In this document: piece after piece, positions 11,946 through 27,362 of the stretch | How positions within the stretch are numbered: the stretch's first letter is position 1 | Layout: each line of letters starts with the position of its first letter | NCBI RefSeq assembly: GCF_022539665.2 | Contig: NC_081333.1 | Coordinates: forward strand, 9,052,001 to 9,116,000 | From: Daphnia carinata | Lineage: Eukaryota | DNA length: 64,000 bases | Reading direction: 5' to 3' | Program-made: the position numbers and the translations under genes | Notes under the pieces: model-generated | Seen by the model: the letters and a program-made list of their open reading frames with translations, nothing else | Databases searched by the model: none | Told to the model about the DNA's origin: nothing

Positions 11946-14900
11946 ATGGAAACTAGGTACATTTTTTTGCATATGCAAATGTGTTATTCATTTTTTTTTT
12001 CATTCAGAACATTCATGTTTTGTTAATTTTTGGGATGGGGTTCGTAGGTTGGACAGACTATTCCTCCTCCTGGATACTGGATCATCTGCCGTCACCAGAA
12101 AAGCTGCTGCCCAACAACTGGGTGAAGTTCAACGTCTACATCCTCATGAGCTGCCACTCTTGCTGAAAAAAATTTTTGTGCATCTGAAAAGTCCTTCTTG
12201 GGATACTCGAATTGCTGCCTCTCAAGCCATCAATGCTGTGATTTCTCATGTTCCTCAGTGGGACCCTCTTCCTATCCCTATCAAAACTGAGAGTGATGTC
12301 AGTTTACCAAGTGGAAAACTTGGCCAGCTTAAATTCAGTACATTTAGCATCAGCACTGTCTTGGCAAACCGCCACTTTTTAACAGCATCAGAGGGCAAAG
12401 AATTTGATGATGATGATTTTTTGTTGGCCGATCCAAAAGAGAGGTTAGCTCGTCAGCGTAAAGCACTGAATGATAACCTTGGTCTTGAGCTAGCAGCCAA
12501 GTTAGGTATTGATACTGGAGAAATTGTCACTGCAGAGGATTTAACTGGGCAGCAGGAACATGCTGTAAACGCCCCAGACATCTCATCTGAGACGCCACTT
12601 GACGATGAAGCTGAAAAACTGAAGAAACAACTTAGTTCCAGGGAAGCGAATAGAGCAAAACGAAAGGCCCGTCAAGGGGGAAAACAAAAATCTCTTGATG
12701 GGAGCCCTTCTGACGGGGCATCTAGTAGTAAGAAAATTAAAAAAGAAAAAGAAATAGAAATCGTCATTGATAGCATACCAGATCCTGCTGGAACTTGGCC
12801 TGATTCTGCTCAAACGTGGCCGTTCGAAAGCTTTTGCGACCTTCTTGTCACTAAGCTTTTAAGTCCCTGTTGGGAGGTTAGTTAAACTTTAATTTTCGAG
12901 TTGAAATTGTACGCATAAGTGACCTACCTACCATTTTTTTTTATTGTTTTTGTCAGGTTAGGCATGGAGGAGGCACGGCATTACGAGAAATAATTCAATT
13001 ACATGGCCGTGGATCGGGACGGACTACCCATCAGACCATGCCTGAAATGAAAGCAGCTCACGGCAGTTGGCTAGAAGATGTATCTTTGCGCCTACTTTGT
13101 GTCCTTGCATTAGATCGTTTCGGCGATTTCATTTCAGACCAAGTTATTGCACCTGTTCGGGAAACAACTGCCCAAGCTCTGGGCTCGCTAGCCAAGTTAA
13201 TGGATACTGAGCAGGTCAAGTTAGTCGTCGCAGTTCTACTTCAGTTATTGGAGCAAACAGAATGGGAAACACGTCACGGTGGCCTGTTGGGCCTAAAGTA
13301 CTTGATGGCGGCTCGACAGGATCTATCTCAACAACTATTACCCTTGGTCTACCCTAGCCTCTTTAAAGGGCTACAGGATGATGTAGACGATGTCAGCGCT
13401 GTAGCTGCTGCGGCTTTGGTACCTTTAGCCGACCCTCTAGTCAATCTTTTGCACCTGAATGAAATCGGCACTTTGCTCAAGACGCTGTGGGACTCTCTTC
13501 TCGAACTAGACGAGCTGACAGCCTCAACTAGCTGTATCCTCACTCTGCTGTCATCTTTGATGGCCCGTTCGGAAACGGTGCCATGTTTACAACATCTTCC
13601 GTTAGTTGATTTGGTTCCACGACTATGGCCATTTCTTTCTCATTCCTCTACCAAGGTAGAAGCTTTTCCTTCTCATAAGCGCAACTTTTTTTACTTCCTT
13701 TTTTCATTATTTTGTCGTAGGTTCGCCATTCGACGCTAAAGACGTTGGAAACTTTGTTGATTCTTGGCCATACTACCGAGTGGATGGAAGGGCTAGCATC
13801 TGACCTCCTCCGCCATGTATTCCAGCGGGCAATGCTAGAACATCAGCAAGAAATACTCGAGCATATAGAAAAGCTGTGGGGTCTGCTTATAAGACGACTA
13901 CCCCTTCAAATTTTACTTCCCTCTGCTTGTCCTTGCGTGGCTACATGGCTTTGCATGATGATGCAGCCTTCACGTCTACCATTCGATCCATCTATTTTGA
14001 TATTTCCACCTGTTCGCAAAGAACCGAGTGAAAGTCGACGTCGAAGTACTAGCGGACCTCTTGGAGATGCCTCTCCCGTCGAAACAAAATATTTTATAGC
14101 AGGAACAGACCATGTCTATGAAAATGCCCTTCAGCGAGAAAAGGCGGTCACCAGAGCCCGTTGTCTGGCCGCATCTCTGTTGGGTTTACTCTCAGAATTT
14201 CTTGTTCAAGTGATGCCTGGATTGACCTACTCGGCCGACATGGAGTCACCAGTGGAATGTTACGCCAAATTACTGCTAGTCCATTTAAACAGCCGTTCAG
14301 CGATCCAGCGTACTGCGGTTGCAATGGTAATGGCCGAGTGGGGTGAGAGATGTGCAGCAGTCACACCACCGACTGTTTTAGTCGACCGGCTTCATCTTAC
14401 TTTGACCGAAAGCATATATTATGATGAAATTGGTGTCGCATATGCTCGTTTGTTGCACGACGCCAGAGATTTCATCGCCACACTTAGGGTAAGAACTCAT
14501 GTTCAGCATCGTGTTTCATTCTACTCATTCATACGTGTTATATTTCACAGCACTACAGGTTGGATGTCGAGTCCGCTTTCCCGTCTGCCAACGCCAGTTT
14601 CTTAACACCAGAGCAAATCCAATCACTAACGGGTCCGATAACAGTTCAGCTCTTAACTAACTCTAAGCTAAAGAGTAAAATCACTGAAATGCTGGAAGAT
14701 AGGAGAAAATCTTTATCGAGTGCCTGTTTACAGGTTGGTATATTCCTTGTTTCGATACTCCCAATGTTTTAGTGTAGTACAATTTATTATTTAGTAATTT
14801 TTTTTTATTTGTGAATTTTTTTATTTTTAGGTGTCGACCGATCAAAACAAGTTAAACAACACTACTCTGTCAGCACTAGCACGAGCAGTCGTGGGTTTTC

Positions 14901-17900
14901 GTATTTTACCCGTACACACAGTGAATCCAGTGGTCAAGCCCTTAATGGATTCAATCAAAATGGAAGATAATGAACAACTGCAAGAATCTGCCGCTCGATC
15001 CTTAGCGCGTCTTCTGGAGCTTTGTCAATTTAGAAATCCCTGCCCCAACAACAAAATTTTGAAGAATTCGTGCAATTTTCTTTGTGCTGATCCAGAAATC
15101 ACGCCGAAGGTAAACACAGAAGAAATGGATGGCATTTTGATGCTGATACAGCAACAGCGATTAGCCGAAAAAAGTACTGGAGGTAAAAAATCTCAGATTG
15201 ATGGAGATATCGCCGGCACACGTGCGATAGAAATTCAGCGAAGAGGAGCTGTGCATGTGCTAAAATCAGTGGCATCCTATTTTGGAGCTGAAATGCCACA
15301 AAAAGTGCCCTATCTTTGGGACTCAATAATGAGCATACAGGCCGTTGAAGAAAACGGTCAAAACGATGCGGCTGGGTGAGTGCTGAGTTTTTTTTTTTTA
15401 CTTCTTATTGTTACGACTTACTTCTAACTTTCATCGTTTTTTTTTAAACATAGAATCTCTAAAGCAGAAGATTTAATCCAGTGCTTACAGATCCTGGAGG
15501 TTATAGTGTCTTCCGTTCATGCTTCCTTACATGTGCAAGTTCTCGATTTGCTACCGACGTTGTGCGATCTTTTGGAGCACAATTTAAGAGCTGTTCGTCA
15601 TATGGCGAGCAGGGGACTGGCTGCGCTCGGAGCTGTTGATGGCGACCATGTCCTCACAATTGTGGTGGAAAAAGTCATACCAATGTTGGGTGCCATTGAC
15701 CGGGAACAAATGCGGCAGGGAGCAATCGAAGCCGTAGCCTGTTTGGTTGAACAAATGGGAATGAATATCATACCGTTTATTGTCCTCTTGGTCATTCCTG
15801 TCCTCGGTCGTATGAGCGATACAAACCAGTCTGTCCGATTGGTGGCCACTCAGTCATTTGCGACATTAATTAGGCTCATGCCTCTTGAAGGAGGAGTACC
15901 GGATCCACCCGCCCTTAGTCCAGAGTTAGCAGAAAAGAAGGTTCAGCAGCGTCGATTTCTGGAGCAACTCTTTGATCCTAAAAAACTGGAAAACTACAAG
16001 GTTTTTTATGTTTCTTATTTTCTTCATTTCTTTTCTCATTTAGTGTTTCCATTTTGGAATGCTTTCCTATCTGATGTAACATAGTATTAATTCTTCTATA
16101 TCTTACAATAGATCCCTGTTACCATAAATGCGGAGTTGCGCTGTTATCAACAGGACGGTGTTAATTGGTTAGCATTCCTAAACAAATATGGATTGCATGG
16201 CATTCTGTGTGATGACATGGGACTCGGCAAGACCCTTCAAACCATCTGTATCATTGCTTCTGACCATCATCAGCGAAAAGTTGACTTTGAACTTACTCGG
16301 AATCCATCTTCGGTGGCTTTGCCATCTATCGTCATATGTCCTCCTACTCTAACGGGTCATTGGATGGATGAAGTGGAGAAATTCGTGTCAGCTGATATGT
16401 TGAATCCTTTGCACTACACTGGACCTCCATCCGAGAGAATGCGTATTCGCAATAGAGCATCTCACCATAATCTCATCATTGCCTCGTACGACATCGTTAG
16501 GAACGACCTAGATTTTTTCAGTTCTATACGCTGGAACTTTTGCGTTTTGGATGAAGGTCATGTCATAAAGAACGGCAAAACAAAGCTATCCAAAGCAATA
16601 AAACAATTGATTGCGAATCATCGTTTGATTCTATCTGGAACGCCAATTCAGAATAATGTCCTTGAACTATGGTCCCTTTTCGACTTCTTAATACCTGGTT
16701 TCTTGGGAAGCGAAAAGCAGTTCCAGGTTTGTTTTACCTTGTATACATTTTCCTTCGCGTAAGGGATTAAAATTTATTTGATTGTTTATTAGGCTCGTTA
16801 CAGTAAACCAATCTTGGCTAGTCGGGATGCGAAAGCCTCCTCAAAAGAACAGGAGAACGGAGTTCTAGCCATGGAGTCGCTCCATCGCCAGACTCTACCT
16901 TTCCTTCTGCGGCGAATGAAGGAAGACGTCCTGAAGGATCTCCCACCTAAAATTACTCAAGACTACTATTGTGATTTGAGTCCACTTCAAGTTAAGCTTT
17001 ATGAAGATTTCTCAAAGAAGCACGCAGAAATGAATCAATCAAGCCAGACATCAGGTGCTACACCTGCTCATGCGCACATTTTCCAGGTATGATATTTTCT
17101 TTACTCAGCTTCACGTGTGCCATCATACGTTTAAATTTTAACGTGTTGGTTTCAGGCATTACAATACCTTCGCAAAGTCTGCAACCACCCGAAGCTTGTA
17201 CTGACACCAAAGCATCCTCAGTTTGAAGTCTTTAACCAGCAACTTAAGGATCAAAAGAGCAACCTTTCTGACTTGCAGCACGCTAGCAAGCTACTAGCTT
17301 TGAAACAATTGCTACTTGATTGCGGCATAGGATTGGATACCGCAAATGGACCCGTTGATTCTTCGGATGCTGGCGGCAGCGTAGTTTCTATCCACAGAGC
17401 TTTAATTTTCTGTCAACTTCGGTCTATGATTGATATAATTGAAAACGACTTACTCAAAACACACATGAAATCCGTGTCTTACCTTCGCCTAGATGGAAGC
17501 ATTGTCGCAGGTAATAATATATTTTCAGGTCCACTCCTTTCAACTTTATACATCGAAAAACGTTTTTTCTGATCAAGGTGCGCGACAAGGTGTTGTCAAA
17601 CGTTTCAACGAAGATCCATCCATTGACGTGCTTCTACTAACAACGCAAGTTGGTGGTCTGGGTCTTAATTTGACCGGGGCCGATACGGTAATTTTTGTCG
17701 AACATGATTGGAACCCAATGAAAGATCTTCAAGCCATGGACCGTGCCCACAGGATCGGGCAAAAGAAGGTGGTTAATGTATATCGTCTGATCACCAGAGG
17801 AACATTAGAAGAAAAAATCATGGGGTTAGAAAATTTTTGTTTTGATTTCAACTTCATGGTAATTCATAATTTTTTCCCAATGATTTCCATAGGTTGCAAA

Positions 17901-18243
17901 AATTTAAGCTGCAAACCGCCAATACCATCATCAGCACAGAAAATGCAAGTCTTCAATCAATGGGGACTGAACAGGTAACTGGGAAACCATTCCCAATATT
18001 TGACCTCAAATTATTATACAACAATTTTCTCTTCTTTAGTTACTTGATATTTTTACGCTGGACGGTGGCAAAGCTTCCAAAAACAACAAAAGACCGTCTA
18101 GCAGTGAACCGGAAAATGCTTCTGGCCTTCCTGCTGGTTTCCGAGTAGCTTTGGAATCCTTACCGGAATTATGGAGCGAAGAAAACTATGAGAACGAGTA
18201 TAATCTTGATTCTTTTATTTCGACATTGAATCAAATTAAATAA
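11946..18243 (+). CDS. BTAF1: TATA-binding protein-associated factor 172 (Mot1), HEAT repeats plus SNF2 ATPase
   Basis: Micro first exon 11946-11956 splices to 12048 giving [16 protein letters not shown]. Also [28 protein letters not shown] and [11 protein letters not shown]. Stop TAA at 18241-18243. Confidence 0.96.
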
Positions 18244-19243
18244 GTTTTTGTTTTTGATCGTAACAACTAAATTACGTGTTTCCCCTCGGGTCCTTTCCCC
18301 TCTCTTTACTCAGCCGTATTGGTAAAATCAAAACCTTCCGTATTTTGTCTGAGTTTGGAATTTCACAAACCAGTTTACCGATCTGTATTCCTGGAATAGC
18401 AATAAAGTGATTTTCCGGAAGATGCATAAGTTACTTGTTTTTAGCCGAAACTACCAATCAGCTAAGAATAGGCCAAAGCATCCTACATCAATTTGCAAGT
18501 TTGTATTTGATTATATACATTTATTTATTTATTTTGTTTTCATTTATTTATTTTTGCCTTTTGTTGGTTTTTTATTCTAGGAAAAAGTTGCGGTTGTCGT
18601 GCCAACAGCTTAGTAAGCTCATGGATTTTTTTTTCGGTTGTACATTTAAGAGGTCATTGGCCAGGTAAGTGAATTACTATCCTGCGCTCCTTAGCCACAC
18701 ATAGACAAGTGTTACTGGTCACCGCATAGAGGTAGTTATGCAATAAGGTATCGAGACGTTCATCGAAATACTTTAACTGATTTGGTTGCAACTGTTTTCT
18801 TATTTCGTGTAGGTTGAACCACAGGCTATTGTTACCATCTCACGCGTGGATACCCTATATGCGCACTTTAGGAGTGCTTCGAATAGCCGATTGCATAGTC
18901 AATTTTATTATTGCTATGTACACAATACGTGTAGTGTAGGAGATTCCAACGAAACTCTTTCATCGGACTGCTGCTCACATATGGCTTCGCATTGTGAAGA
19001 AACGATTTCTGCATACCTTTTCCAGTACAACAGTAAACGATAAAAGGACAAAAATATTGGATAGAACGATCGCAGCCATCAGGGTCTTATTACAACAAAG
19101 CCATCTCCAAGCAACCGTAAGTGGTTTCTTAATGATATACGTTCGCGTTTTATGTTGATATATGTTTTCTTCTCTTGCTGATAAGAGATAACTTATAACG
19201 GTCTCTGCGGCAAGGTGCACGGAATGAAAATTATTGCTATTGA

Positions 19244-19257
19244 GTTGTTATGGCAAC
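19244..19257 (+). promoter_or_regulatory. RFX X-box-like element upstream of the gustatory receptor
   Basis: GTTGTT-AT-GGCAAC fits the X-box consensus GTHNYY-AT-RRNAAC. It lies ~160 bp upstream of the ATG, followed by a TATA-like (~19314) and an Inr-like TCAGTC (~19343) element. Confidence 0.5.
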
Positions 19258-19416
19258 CCCATTTGGTGATCGGTCCGCAAACTGGCGCGCAGTTTAACGC
19301 ACCTTCTTTCTCGATAAATAGGGGCTGGCAGTCACTTTAAGGTCAGTCGATTTCCTGTAGGCTTATACCGCGTTTTGCATCAGGACTTCGCCATTTTAGC
19401 AATAACTCCAACAGCA

Positions 19417-20906
19417 ATGATTCACCCGAAACCAAGCATTCCGGTATATCAAGATGTTATGTTCTTGTTTCGATTTATTTCGTTTACAGGGGCTTCGACT
19501 TTCGTTCCTTATGGGGAAGGAATCCGAAACCCTCGAATATCTACAGTGTTGCTCAGGATACTTCAACAGGTTACTTGTCTGGCTATTTTCTTGCTGCTCT
19601 TAGGCATGTCCGTTTTTGAAATCATTCAATTCGTTACTGTAATCGTGAAAATGAAAAATATCGGCGAAGTCATTCCAAATATAATATGGATAACCTCCTT
19701 TCCCCTTGCTATGGGCGCCCAAGTTTTTTACACCTTCCAGAGGCCCAAGCTTTTAAGATTCTTTGAGAACTGGCAAGATATTCATACATTGTATCCGGAA
19801 AGCCAAGATAACTGCACTGAAAGACAGACTCGCTCAAGGATGTACCTCATCTACTTGTTAACGTTCGTAAACCCCTTCATCCAAATTGCATATTTCTATT
19901 GGTATTTAGATTGTTATATGTTTTAACAGAGTCTGCACATCGATTGCAACGGTGATGGTACTCATCTTGGATTTTCCTATTCTGCCGTTTCTACCGTCAA
20001 CATACGAGCCCTTAGCAGCCATCCCCTTGCACACGAACAGCTTGTATCTCACCTGCTCTCTGTTTGGTGTTACTCTTTTCTACGCCTGGAACCTTTCTGC
20101 TGCGTCAGATCTTGTTCCGTCAATGATTTACTTCCATCTTGCTCTGGCTTTGGAGAAGACAAGCAAATTTCTCAAAGAACCACCAAATTCCATTGAAGCT
20201 CAGACGTTAGAACACAATTGCAAGAATCTAGAAGTAACCGAAACCAACTTTAATACTCGTACTGTCGGCAAGATATCTCATGAAGGAAATCAGCAAATTT
20301 GGCAGAAATCGTGGCTCTATTACGAAGCTATACGCAAACTGATTAATGAAAGCAACTCCCGATTTGGGTCGATGCTCCTTCTCAATCATGGAGCCATGTT
20401 CTTCGTAGCAAGTTCCAACGTTTTTAGCATCCTGCGATGGTACATTAGTATGCTTATTAGAAAATTGTTGAGATAAAATAATGCCAGTGTTATTCGACAG
20501 GTATCGAGGAATGTCATGGCTTTTGCTTCTCGTCAATGGAATGAACGCTGCTGCAACAATTCTTCGCTTTATCACCACGATTCTCCTATGCAGTCGATTG
20601 TATACTGCTGGCGAACATCTTCAGTCCAACATTTGCCGTTTTCTAGCCCAAACATGGTTCCGTTTAAAACCAGACGAGAGGCAGTTTTTCACGGCTTTTT
20701 TGGTGCGTGTACAGGATGATGGAATTGTAGCCTCTCCCCTTGGATTGTACCCCATCCGGCCGTCAATGCTTTTAGCTTTGCTGTCTTTAATGGTAACTTA
20801 TCTCATCGTCTTACTACAGTCTTCTGAAATCTCCACGTTCTCGGAATATGGAAATTTCACGGGGCTAATTACGGGTACCCGTTTTTATACTCCGCTTCTC
20901 GGTTAA
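19417..20906 (+). CDS. Gustatory receptor (7tm chemosensory receptor), 3 coding exons
   Basis: Multiple hydrophobic helices. C-terminal GLYPIRPSMLLALLSLMVTYLIVLLQ matches the arthropod Gr TM7 TYxxxxxQ motif. Confidence 0.85.
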
Positions 20907-21610
20907 ACGTAAAAGGAACTGAAAGATTTCCTTGATTCTGTGGTTTTTAGATAACTATTTTGCTTGAAGTCGTTGTGAGCAACGCATTATTGAATTTGTC
21001 TGGGAAAATTATTGGGTTATTGTCTATATCGATTAACTCGTCATAAAAACTGAAACTTCAGATCGTTACGCTTAACCCAAGGCTATTTCGTTTGTAAAAA
21101 GTTTGTACTCATAAGATAATACTTGAATCAGATTGAAGCCTTATGACAGGTTTCACCCGGTATTTTGAGACAAATGGAGCCACAAATGATATTATATCCT
21201 TGTTTTAGCATTTTCTGAGGCCACGCATAGCAGTCTAGTCTTAAATGGGTACATTAGAAATTGTTGTTTACGTAGGCTAAAATATATATTCTTTTTATTC
21301 GCTCTAAAACTTATATCCCAAAGAGTTCTAGTCTTCTTTTGAATGAATGAGTAGAAATTACCATGGTCGTATAAATGATGTGATCAATCAACTAAAGCTG
21401 TATGCCACAAAGCAATAATCGATAGCACTTATAGGAATAAATAGGGGCGCTGTCAAAATTGCACGAAATCAACCGGTTTAATAGCACATACACACGCCAC
21501 AGAGTTCTTCCAAACATTATATTTTTTATCTAATGTGAAACGCACATTAAATGAAGTGGTTTTTGCTTGAACGTCAATTACGAAACTTATTAGTACTTAA
21601 CACGTGGGTA

Positions 21611-22476
<866 letters not shown>

Positions 22477-22849
22477 GTTAAGGACCTTATAACTTTTTTT
22501 AGTAATTAAGTATTAAACAAATTCTAGCACGTGCTACAGTAATGTTTCTTTTTCGAAATCCAGATGCCCATCAACCAAGCAATCCTACAAAACCGTGTAG
22601 TATCGGCTGCTCTACCGCCACCCACCAGGCAACAACTTCTACACATACATCCATTCCCCAGGCGGTAAAATTGTCTCGAGGACGATTCTTTACGGTTTAC
22701 TATTCTTAGCACGCGATTCAGAGTGGAAAGGCCACCTAGTGACTATCAGAATATACCTGATAAGGTTTTTCCAAAGTTTGACAGATTACAGGAGTGAATG
22801 GCTTTTACCTTTCCTTTCTAGAGACATTAATTATAAAATAACCATAGTA

Positions 22850-23868
22850 ATGGCGTCCAAAAAGGTATATTTCTTTTGGAACAGTGGTGTTTACAAAACC
22901 ATTCATCTTATTTTGTGCATGGATAGAAACAAAGTACTCCGACTGACGACTTCTCAGCGAGAGGAGCTCCAGCACCACCAACACAAAAAGTTTTCATTCA
23001 AAGGGACTATAGTGAAGGGACTCAAGTTAAATTTCAACCAAAATTTCCTTCGGAACTCGAAGGAAAGGTAACAAGTTTGTCATTTTCATTCAAAATAGCA
23101 TTTGAAGTTTAACAGGAGTTTGTGTAAATGGTCCCTAGTTTGGGCCATGGCATTCAATCTTATGTTCAAAAATCTTTGTAGCTTGTGAACAGATGTACTA
23201 AACACATGTGTTGTCATATTGTACATATTGTATTAGATTGAACGAGAGAAATTTGAATACACTCTTAATACTCTAAATGAAGTATATGCTGAAGCAGAAA
23301 AAATGAGCTGTAGTTCATGCTGTGAGGGTTGTTTTGCTTGCTTGACTGCATACTTGCTATATTGTTGTAGTGACACACACTTTGAGAAGGTAAGTTATAA
23401 TTTCATTTATAGGCTCTCGTGGACTTTAACCAATCTTAACTTTTTTAAACAGTGTTTGAAGAAGGTGGCCAAATTTATCATTGAACAAAATGAAAGAGTC
23501 TATGTACCTAGAGGACTACTAATTATTGACCCTGTTGAACGGGGACTCAGAGTTGTATCCTTTTAAAAATAATTATTTTAATTGTAGTGATATAAGTTAT
23601 ATTAGTTCTTAATGGTATGCTGTAAAATATTTTAAAATACCTAGTTCATAGAATAAATGTTTTTTTTTTTAATTTAGGTTAAGTAATGTTCACAAACATA
23701 GAAGTAAATTATGGTAATTTAATAAATTATAGATATTTGTTCTATACTATAGAATTCTTGTTTAAGTTTGTCGCCTTCATAAATGAATCCTTAACTGATT
23801 GATTCCTACAGATCGAGATTTGCATTTTCAGCGACAATCCTGCTTCTACGCCCGCCAGAAACAACTAA
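22850..23868 (+). CDS. GOLGA7: Golgin subfamily A member 7 (GCP16/Erf4-like)
   Basis: Spliced translation includes [61 protein letters not shown]. Stop TAA at 23866-23868. Confidence 0.93.
23555..23811 (+). other. U12-type (minor spliceosome) GT-AG intron in GOLGA7
   Basis: 5' site GTATCCTTT, branch point TCCTTAAC at 23788-23795, 3' AG at 23810-23811. Removal joins RGLRV to IEI in frame. Confidence 0.92.
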
Positions 23869-24488
23869 AGCCATGAAACCTCTGTATCTATATATTTGTA
23901 ATTATGAACTTGAGTTCTTCCCCTTCATCTCCCATCCTAAGTTGATGTGAACATGTGCTCATCATCATTAACTATCTAGATATTGTAAAACGAATAAACT
24001 GTGAAATATTATTTGAACGTTGACTCTTTGAAAAATCAGTTTTATCGTCATTAATTCGCTAAAAGTCGTTGTTTTTATATTTCATTCATAAAATGTGGAC
24101 GCAATCCAGAGAAACAGTCCAGTTCTTGTAGCTGAATCAAACAACGTTGAACAACGAATGGAGCTTAAATTAAGTAATATCGGCACTAATGAATCATTCG
24201 ATGATCGCTTTGTCATCAGTCGTTCATCTTTCATTCAAGCCCTTAAAGTTTTGAAGCATACAAAGCCGATTAACGAAATTCCCTAAGTCCATAACTGAAA
24301 GATTTTTTTTATCAGATAAAATTTTACGTTTTCTAACGTATTTCTCAAATGCAGAGCAGAATAAAAAAAAGTCAAAAATCAATTTCAAAATTGTGGCAGA
24401 AATGAACTTGTTTGTTACTTGGCAACCACGCACATGAATTGTCAATTTTCATCGACTGAAAAAAACTTTACTCGTCGAGACGGCGAAA

Positions 24489-26220
24489 ATGGTGCTCGAA
24501 AGTACTATGATCTGGTAAACAATTTTTAGATATCGGTTTATTCGTTTTAGTGCGAAAAATGACTTCAGTACTTGGGGCATATAATTTCGGTCTAAGGGAG
24601 TGGTTTTATTGTTCTTAAATATATTTTCTACCTGTGTATCTGACAGACTTTTGCATTGATGGTAAGCAGTTTTCCTGTTATTTAATGCGATATTTTTAAA
24701 CCTTAGTGTGGATAACAGTGAGTTTATGAGAAATGGAGACTTTATACCAAGCCGCCTTCAAGCCCAACAAGATGCTGTTAACATGGTCTGCCATTCAAAA
24801 ACGAGATCCAACCCAGAAAATAATGTTGGACTTCTAACATTGGCCAAGTAGAGTAACAACAACTTAAAAGCAATTCCATTGAGAAATCAGTACATCTTTT
24901 AAAATTTCTTAGCACCAAAGTATTGGCCACATTGACTACAGATGCTGGACGCATTTTATCAAAACTTCATCAGGTCCAGCCAGAAGGTTCAATCAATCTG
25001 CTAACAGGAGTCAGAATTGCTCATGTAATTTCTGATTTTTAAAACTTTGTGAGTAAAAGTGAATTAAAACATCTTTTTCAATTCCAGCTTGCTCTTAAAC
25101 ATCGTCAAGGAAAAAACCATCGAACTAGAATTATAGTCTTCATTGGCTCTCCTCTTAATTTTGATGAAAAGGAATTGAACAAACTAGCCCGGAAACTGAA
25201 GAAAGAGAAAGTCAATGTAGACATTATTTGCTTTGGAGAAGAGGTAAAGAAATATCATACTGTATGTTATTGGTGCCAATAATCGGTTTTTCTCTTTGGC
25301 TAGAATGGAGGAACCGAAGTCCTGGCTAGTTTTATCAATACTCTCAATGGCAAAGATGGCACTGGTAGTCATTTGGTTACCATTCCACCTGGTAATTTGT
25401 GTTGAAAGTGTCTTAATGTAAATGGTAACAACTTTCTTTGGGCCTCATTTTCAGGGCCTCATCTCGCTGATGCACTAATTTCTTCGCCGGTCATTCAAGG
25501 GGAAGACGGTACAGGAGCGGTTGGCTTGGGGGCGGGGGGCTTCGAGTTTGTCGATCCTAATGAAGATCCTGAATTGGCTCTTGTAAGTTTCAGTATTCTT
25601 CTTTTACGTGGATATAATACCAGCGTTTTCTCTTCTTTAGGCTCTACGGGTTTCAATGGAAGAGCAACGTCAGCGTCAAGAAGAGGAAGCACGCCGATCA
25701 GGCAATCCGTCAGGTCCGGAGCCTGCTGCACCCACAACAATGACCGGCGCTCCTGCTTCTAACGAAGATGCAATGCTTGAGCGTGCGTTGGCGATGTCCA
25801 TGGATCAACCAAGCGTCACTTCAGCTGCTGCCAGCAACGCACCTGCAGCACCAGTTTATCCTGACTTCGCCACAATGACTGAAGAGGAACAAATTGCTTA
25901 TGCAATGCAAATGTCAATGGCAGAAGCTCGTGAGTTTTGCTTTTTAAATGTCAAAGGGTTGTTCGTATTCTAGTTTCATTTAATGAGCAGAGGGACCAGT
26001 TAAAACAGAAGCCGAAGCTATGGAAGTTGAATCGACACCAGCAGCAGCAGCAGCGAGCGATGACTACGATGAAGTGATGAAAGATCCGGAATTCCTCCAA
26101 AGCGTTTTAGAAACGCTTCCAGGAGTCGACCCTTCGAGCGATGCTGTACAATCTGCCGTTGATGCTTTGCGAAATCAAGATAAGGATAAGAAGCAAGGGA
26201 AAAAGCCTGACTCCAAGTAA
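24489..26220 (+). CDS. PSMD4: 26S proteasome non-ATPase regulatory subunit 4 (Rpn10/S5a)
   Basis: [20 protein letters not shown] vWA start, [47 protein letters not shown]-terminal [14 protein letters not shown]. Confidence 0.97.
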
Positions 26221-26422
26221 CGAGATTGATTTGTAACGCCTCGCTTGATTCGGATCTAGAATTCACTAATGTGCATCTGCCCATCACACCTGTGTGTAAC
26301 AGAACGTGGTAGATGCTTTCTCCCATTGGCACACTATCGCCTAATTGATAATTCTAGGATTTCATCGTATTTTTCTGAATTGAATAAAGAAACTCATAAA
26401 AAATCGGTTAAACTATTTTTCT

Positions 26423-27362
26423 TCAGAACATGCGCTTTTGAATGACATATACACAGGCGGCAAAAAATGCGGCCAAAGCAAGAATAATTAAGATTAAATC
26501 TGTGGTTTCTCTCCTCCCGAATCGAGAAACCAGTTTTTTGGTCGTAGTTAAAGTGCTGCCCATCACTTTAAATTCATCTTGGGTGTCACATACTGTGTTA
26601 GAAGATTGAGCTAGTAACAAATTTTCATTCTTAGTTAAACACATGTAAAAAAACAAAGAATAGGTACAAAACACTTGTTAATACCTAGTACTTCTAGGGT
26701 GCCCCTGTTCTGTTCCAGTACACTTGCCATGGATTGACTAATATTTCGTAGATTTGCTGTCACATTAGTTGACATCTTGATAAGTTCCTCTTTGGATTTT
26801 GTTTGTCTAAAACTCAAATCTAAATGTTGGAATGCAATAAAAAGTAATAATAAATACAATTATCATTACCTGGATCTTATTTCCATTTCCTCTGGATTGC
26901 TGTAAAAGAGTTCTGCTTTGTTTTTCATGCTGACAGTGAGTTGGCATTGTACATTAGCTTTGCTAGGAAAATATAAGAACTCTCAGGTGTCTTTATGAAT
27001 ATCTGGTGTAAAATTACCGAAATGCACTTTGAAGGCTTGTCAACTGATTTCTAAAGAGACTGACATCTTCAGCAAGTTCCCCATCTTCATCCTCATCTTT
27101 AGCAAGCTTTTCAAACTCATCAATGCAGTGTTTAAGCCGCTTGAACTCTGATCGATACTCTGAATTCAATACCACAACATCAGATTCTGTAATGTCAGGA
27201 TTTTGTATTTTCTGACATAGTAGGAAAAAATATTGAATGGATGTGTCATTGAACATAAGAAATCTTCGCTTTACGTACATGCAAAATGTTTTGGATAGAG
27301 AGATTTCCTCGTAGAATGTCGCTTTTTAGAGAATCTACTTCAACACTATCGGAATTCTTCAT
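26423..27362 (-). CDS. BNIP1: Vesicle transport protein Sec20 (BNIP1-like SNARE)
   Basis: Coiled-coil exons, then SSNTV..TQDEFK.M......KKLVSRFGRRETTD followed by a C-terminal TM segment (LILIILALAAFFAACVYVIQKR), typical of Sec20. Confidence 0.85.
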
